Shown in pieces: positions 60,910-64,000 of a DNA stretch of 64,000 bases. The stretch's first letter is position 1. Every line of letters begins with the position of its first letter. Under the pieces are notes generated by a model. That model searched no databases, was not told the DNA's origin, and saw only the letters and a program-made list of their open reading frames with translations. This stretch comes from Sulfolobales archaeon. Its GTDB lineage: Archaea; Thermoproteota; Thermoprotei_A; Sulfolobales; AG1. The DNA is taken from NCBI GenBank assembly GCA_038867615.1, contig JAWBYA010000004.1:32001-96000 (forward strand). Direction: 5' to 3'. The position numbers were made by a program, and so were the translations under genes.

Positions 60910-61692
60910 TTGAGGTTTGTAATAATAGATCTTGGTGCTATACATATACACAGCCTCAGAGAGCTTAAGAGCCTAGCCATACAGATCGAGCTTACAAACT
61001 CAATAGTAGTGAGAAAACTCAAAACCAGGGTTATCGCGGTAGCTCCTATGAAAACCATGGGGCTGGATTATATAGAAGTCTCCTCGTTGCGCTCCGGCTA
61101 TAGACTCCTGGTAGCACCCATGGAGAGGGTCATCGATATGTTAGGTGCTAAGAGGACTATTGTTCTAGACCCCTATGGTGAGCGTGACCTAAGGGTAGAG
61201 GATCTAGAGTGGGCTGAAGCAGTCGTCCTTGGAGGCGTAGTTGACAGAACCCCTATAAAGGGTATAACAACGCTGCTTAGGAACACGGGCTTGCCTTGGG
61301 CACCCACAATGAGGATCACATTAAGAGGATCTATACTAGGGGTTCCAAGCGAGATAAACAACGTAGCAGCTATACTTATAAAAGCACTAGAGGTAGGCAG
61401 CCTTGAGAACGCGATAAAGGAGATCCAGCCTAAGAGGGATGCTATAGTAAGGGCTTCTGCAGAGATTCCAAGGCTTCTCAAAAGCCTTGGGAGGAGTCCT
61501 AGTATCGAAGATCTTGTTGAGATCTATAAATCTCTCGGGACATGGCTTAACCTAGATAGCATTGGCATGATGAGAGCCCTTATTAGATGTGGTAGGAGAG
61601 ATCTAGCATCTATATGGCGGGAGAAGATCATCGCTGGAGAGATTATTTCGGAGAAACCTGGACAAGCGGTTCTTGGTTTTGCTAGGAGTTAG
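60910..61692 (+). CDS. trm10: tRNA m1(A/G)9 methyltransferase (SPOUT, Trm10)
   Basis: ELKSLAIQ, VLDPYG, LGGVVD, ITLRGSILGVP..IN. Confidence 0.85.
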   Translation: MRFVIIDLGAIHIHSLRELKSLAIQIELTNSIVVRKLKTRVIAVAPMKTMGLDYIEVSSLRSGYRLLVAPMERVIDMLGAKRTIVLDPYGERDLRVEDLEWAEAVVLGGVVDRTPIKGITTLLRNTGLPWAPTMRITLRGSILGVPSEINNVAAILIKALEVGSLENAIKEIQPKRDAIVRASAEIPRLLKSLGRSPSIEDLVEIYKSLGTWLNLDSIGMMRALIRCGRRDLASIWREKIIAGEIISEKPGQAVLGFARS

Positions 61693-61857
61693 TTCTTTCT
61701 CGCAAGACACAGGGTCTTATCTATTACATGTGCTTGTAATCGCCGAACACTGTTCCATGCATACCTATCCATCATACATGGTACGAAGACTTAAACATGG
61801 CATGAGAACCTATAACCCTAAGTCTAGGAGAGGTAAGCGTTTTAACCTCCATGCATA

Positions 61858-62346
61858 ATGATCAGAGGAGAGGGTTTGGAGAGAGGCTCGTACGAGAACC
61901 TTTATAGCGTGATGAGGCGGGGGCATAATAGGAAGGAGAGGAGAAAGACTACTGTTGAGGAGTATCTAGAGACGATCCACGAGCTTGAGAAGCATATTGG
62001 CTGGGTAAGAACCAAGGATCTCTCGAGGGTTCTCAACATAAAACCCAGCAGCATAACAAAAACACTGAAAAAACTCCACTCCGAAGGGCTCATAATCTAT
62101 GAGAAATACAGGGGAGCCAGACTAAGCAGGGCAGGATTAGAGGCTATAAACAAGCTTGTGAGAAAACACAGAGTGCTTGCAGAACTACTCAGAGAGGCGG
62201 GGCTGAGCGAGATAGATGCTCAGGCTGAGGCGGAGAGGCTTGAACACCTGGTGCCCGACTATCTGGTTGAGTATCTGGAGAAATTCGTAATAAGATATAG
62301 AGAGATGCTTCGCAAATGTGAGGGCGAGGAATCAGGAACACTATAG
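61858..62346 (+). CDS. DtxR/MntR family metal-dependent regulator
   Basis: EEYLETI, HTH, YEKYRG, RKHRVL, EAERLEH. Confidence 0.92.
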   Translation: MIRGEGLERGSYENLYSVMRRGHNRKERRKTTVEEYLETIHELEKHIGWVRTKDLSRVLNIKPSSITKTLKKLHSEGLIIYEKYRGARLSRAGLEAINKLVRKHRVLAELLREAGLSEIDAQAEAERLEHLVPDYLVEYLEKFVIRYREMLRKCEGEESGTL

Positions 62347-62365
62347 ATATAGATTATGGAGTAAG

Positions 62366-63076
62366 TTAAAGACCCAGATATAGCTTTCCCAACTCCTTGT
62401 GTTCCAAGAGATCCTGTGCTGCTCCCTCAAACACAACCCTACCGCTTACCAGGAGATAAGCCTTGTCACCGATCTCTAGGGCTGCTTTTGCGTTCTGCTC
62501 AACCAGGATCACTGGTACCCCTGTTTGGTTCTTTATCTCATAGATCTTGTTAAGCATGGTCTTTGCCAACTTCGGTGCTAGTTGTGCCGTGGGCTCGTCA
62601 ACCATGAGGATCTTGGGCTTCCTAACGATAGCCATTGCCAGCGCTAGCATCTGTCTCTGTCCTCCTGAGAGTTGGTATGCTTTATATGTAAGCATCCCTC
62701 TAAGTTCTGGGAAGAGCTCTATTACATCTGATATTCTGTCCTCGCTATATCTACCAAATGTGTAGAGAGCCATCCTCAGATTCTCGAGCACTGTGAGGTT
62801 TACAAAGACATTATCCACCTGGGGTAGGTAGACAAGCCCCGCCCTAGCCCTCCTATACGGGGGCATCCCAGTTATATCCTCGCCGCCTAAATAGATCCTG
62901 CCACTATATAGGGTTGACAAGCCCATGAAGGTCTTGAGCAGTGTTGACTTTCCAGAGCCGTTTGGCCCTACAACCACCGTTATGCCTTTATCATGGGCTG
63001 CGAAGGTGACATCATATAATACATGGAGCCTTGCATACCCAGCATTTATACCCTCGGCTCGCAGCAAGCTATCCAC
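62366..63076 (-). CDS. livF: Branched-chain amino acid ABC transporter ATPase (LivF-like)
   Basis: GPNGSGKST, LSGGQRQML, DEPT, VEQN. Confidence 0.92.
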   Translation of the reverse strand: MDSLLRAEGINAGYARLHVLYDVTFAAHDKGITVVVGPNGSGKSTLLKTFMGLSTLYSGRIYLGGEDITGMPPYRRARAGLVYLPQVDNVFVNLTVLENLRMALYTFGRYSEDRISDVIELFPELRGMLTYKAYQLSGGQRQMLALAMAIVRKPKILMVDEPTAQLAPKLAKTMLNKIYEIKNQTGVPVILVEQNAKAALEIGDKAYLLVSGRVVFEGAAQDLLEHKELGKLYLGL

Positions 63077-63836
63077 CCAGGTAGCTCTCTATAACCAGGG
63101 GGTTGCTAACCACGGCATCGGGGGGTCCCGAAGCTATGATCTTACCTCTATGCATAGCGTAAACCTGATCCACGTATTTAAGCGCTATATCAAGCCTATG
63201 CTCAACAGCAAGGATCGTTATCCCCAGCTCGCTCACAGATTTCCTCATATAGCTGAATATATCATGAGCAAGAGTGGGTAGTATCCCTGCTATGGGTTCG
63301 TCCATTATTACGAGCCTCGCCCTATTCATAAGAGCCCTTCCGAGTTCCAGGAGCTTCAGCTGCCCTCCGCTTAGCTGGTAGGCGTATTGATCCCAAACCC
63401 TGTCTAGGTTGAGAAACCTGAGCACCTTGAAAGCATATTCAGCCGCCTCTTTCTCCCCTGAAACCCATCTCCTCCCCATGTTACGCAAGAGCGAGGTTCT
63501 TGGGATGCCTCTCCATGAGACAAGAAGGTTCTCGAGAACCGTTAGTCTGAGGAAAGGCTGTGGTATCTGGAATGTTCTCACAATACCCAGCTCGTTGATT
63601 CTGTGGGGTGGGAGGCCTGTTATATCTATACCATCATAGATAACCTTACCAGAGCTTGGCTTATAGATCCCAGATATAGTGTTTATCAACGAGGTCTTCC
63701 CCGAACCGTTGGGACCTATTACCAGTGTTATCCTCCTCTCAGGCACCTCGATCGATGCACCATCAACGGCTCTGAGAGCACCAAAGCTAAGAGTGAGATC
63801 CACGGTCTTTAAAAGGATCCTACCTTCTTCACCCAC
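63069..63836 (-). CDS. livG: Branched-chain amino acid ABC transporter ATPase (LivG-like)
   Basis: GPNGSGKT, RTFQ, LSGGQ, DEP, VEH, YLG; GTG 63836 after GGGT SD-like element. Confidence 0.92.
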   Translation of the reverse strand: MGEEGRILLKTVDLTLSFGALRAVDGASIEVPERRITLVIGPNGSGKTSLINTISGIYKPSSGKVIYDGIDITGLPPHRINELGIVRTFQIPQPFLRLTVLENLLVSWRGIPRTSLLRNMGRRWVSGEKEAAEYAFKVLRFLNLDRVWDQYAYQLSGGQLKLLELGRALMNRARLVIMDEPIAGILPTLAHDIFSYMRKSVSELGITILAVEHRLDIALKYVDQVYAMHRGKIIASGPPDAVVSNPLVIESYLGG

Positions 63837-64000
63837 ACAGATACCCTGATATAGTGTATTGATGAACTGCTTTATATCTATCAACACATACAACACATAT
63901 TATTTCACAAGACATCATTGATCATAGTATGTTTCTAATCTCATCAATAGATCTGGATATATCAAGCCTACCATCGGGGCTCTTTGTAAAAACACCTCTA

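Noticed and set aside
689-63812. Numerous antisense ORFs in the track (e.g. 40265-40990, 46533-47279, 18347-18913) and small ORFs 45479-45709, 31978-32256, 59166-59429
   Set aside because: Shadow frames of well-supported genes or spacer ORFs with no motifs; Ser/Leu/Ile/Pro-rich composition typical of reverse complements
1-64000. CRISPR array, rRNA, inteins, intact transposases
   Set aside because: No regularly spaced repeats or rRNA-like GC-rich block seen; RFC and other proteins are of normal length

Overview
Core-genome window from a hyperthermophilic crenarchaeon (Thermoprotei, Desulfurococcales/Sulfolobales-like). Markers: Elf1, Spt4-Rpo7, a PriX-type domain, Trm10, a BHB-intron tRNA and frequent TTG/GTG starts. 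It holds about 55 mostly housekeeping genes: carB, rfcS/rfcL, metG, glyA, gcvT/H, glycogen enzymes, lipid enzymes, a complete pyrBIC-(K)DEF cluster, acyl-CoA/keto-acid catabolism and liv ABC ATPases. It also has an intron-containing tRNA-Pro(GGG). No CRISPR array, rRNA, integrase or intact transposase is visible. The most notable non-routine signal is two related ~190-nt intergenic elements (~45.5-45.7 kb and ~48.5-48.7 kb). They look like internally deleted tnpB genes reduced to the 5' start fused to the 3' omega-RNA-like end, and one retains a TATA box and a clean kink-turn; they are candidate stand-alone guide RNAs or MITEs. Other points of interest: a PriL-N/PriX fusion primase without the Fe-S domain, a PyrK-PyrD fusion, a 33-aa insertion in the PyrE catalytic loop, an amidohydrolase pseudoenzyme, a Cys-motif wHTH plus atypical kinase pair, apparent non-canonical start codons, and apparent GATC over-representation. 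All family calls come from motif recognition; no database search was run.
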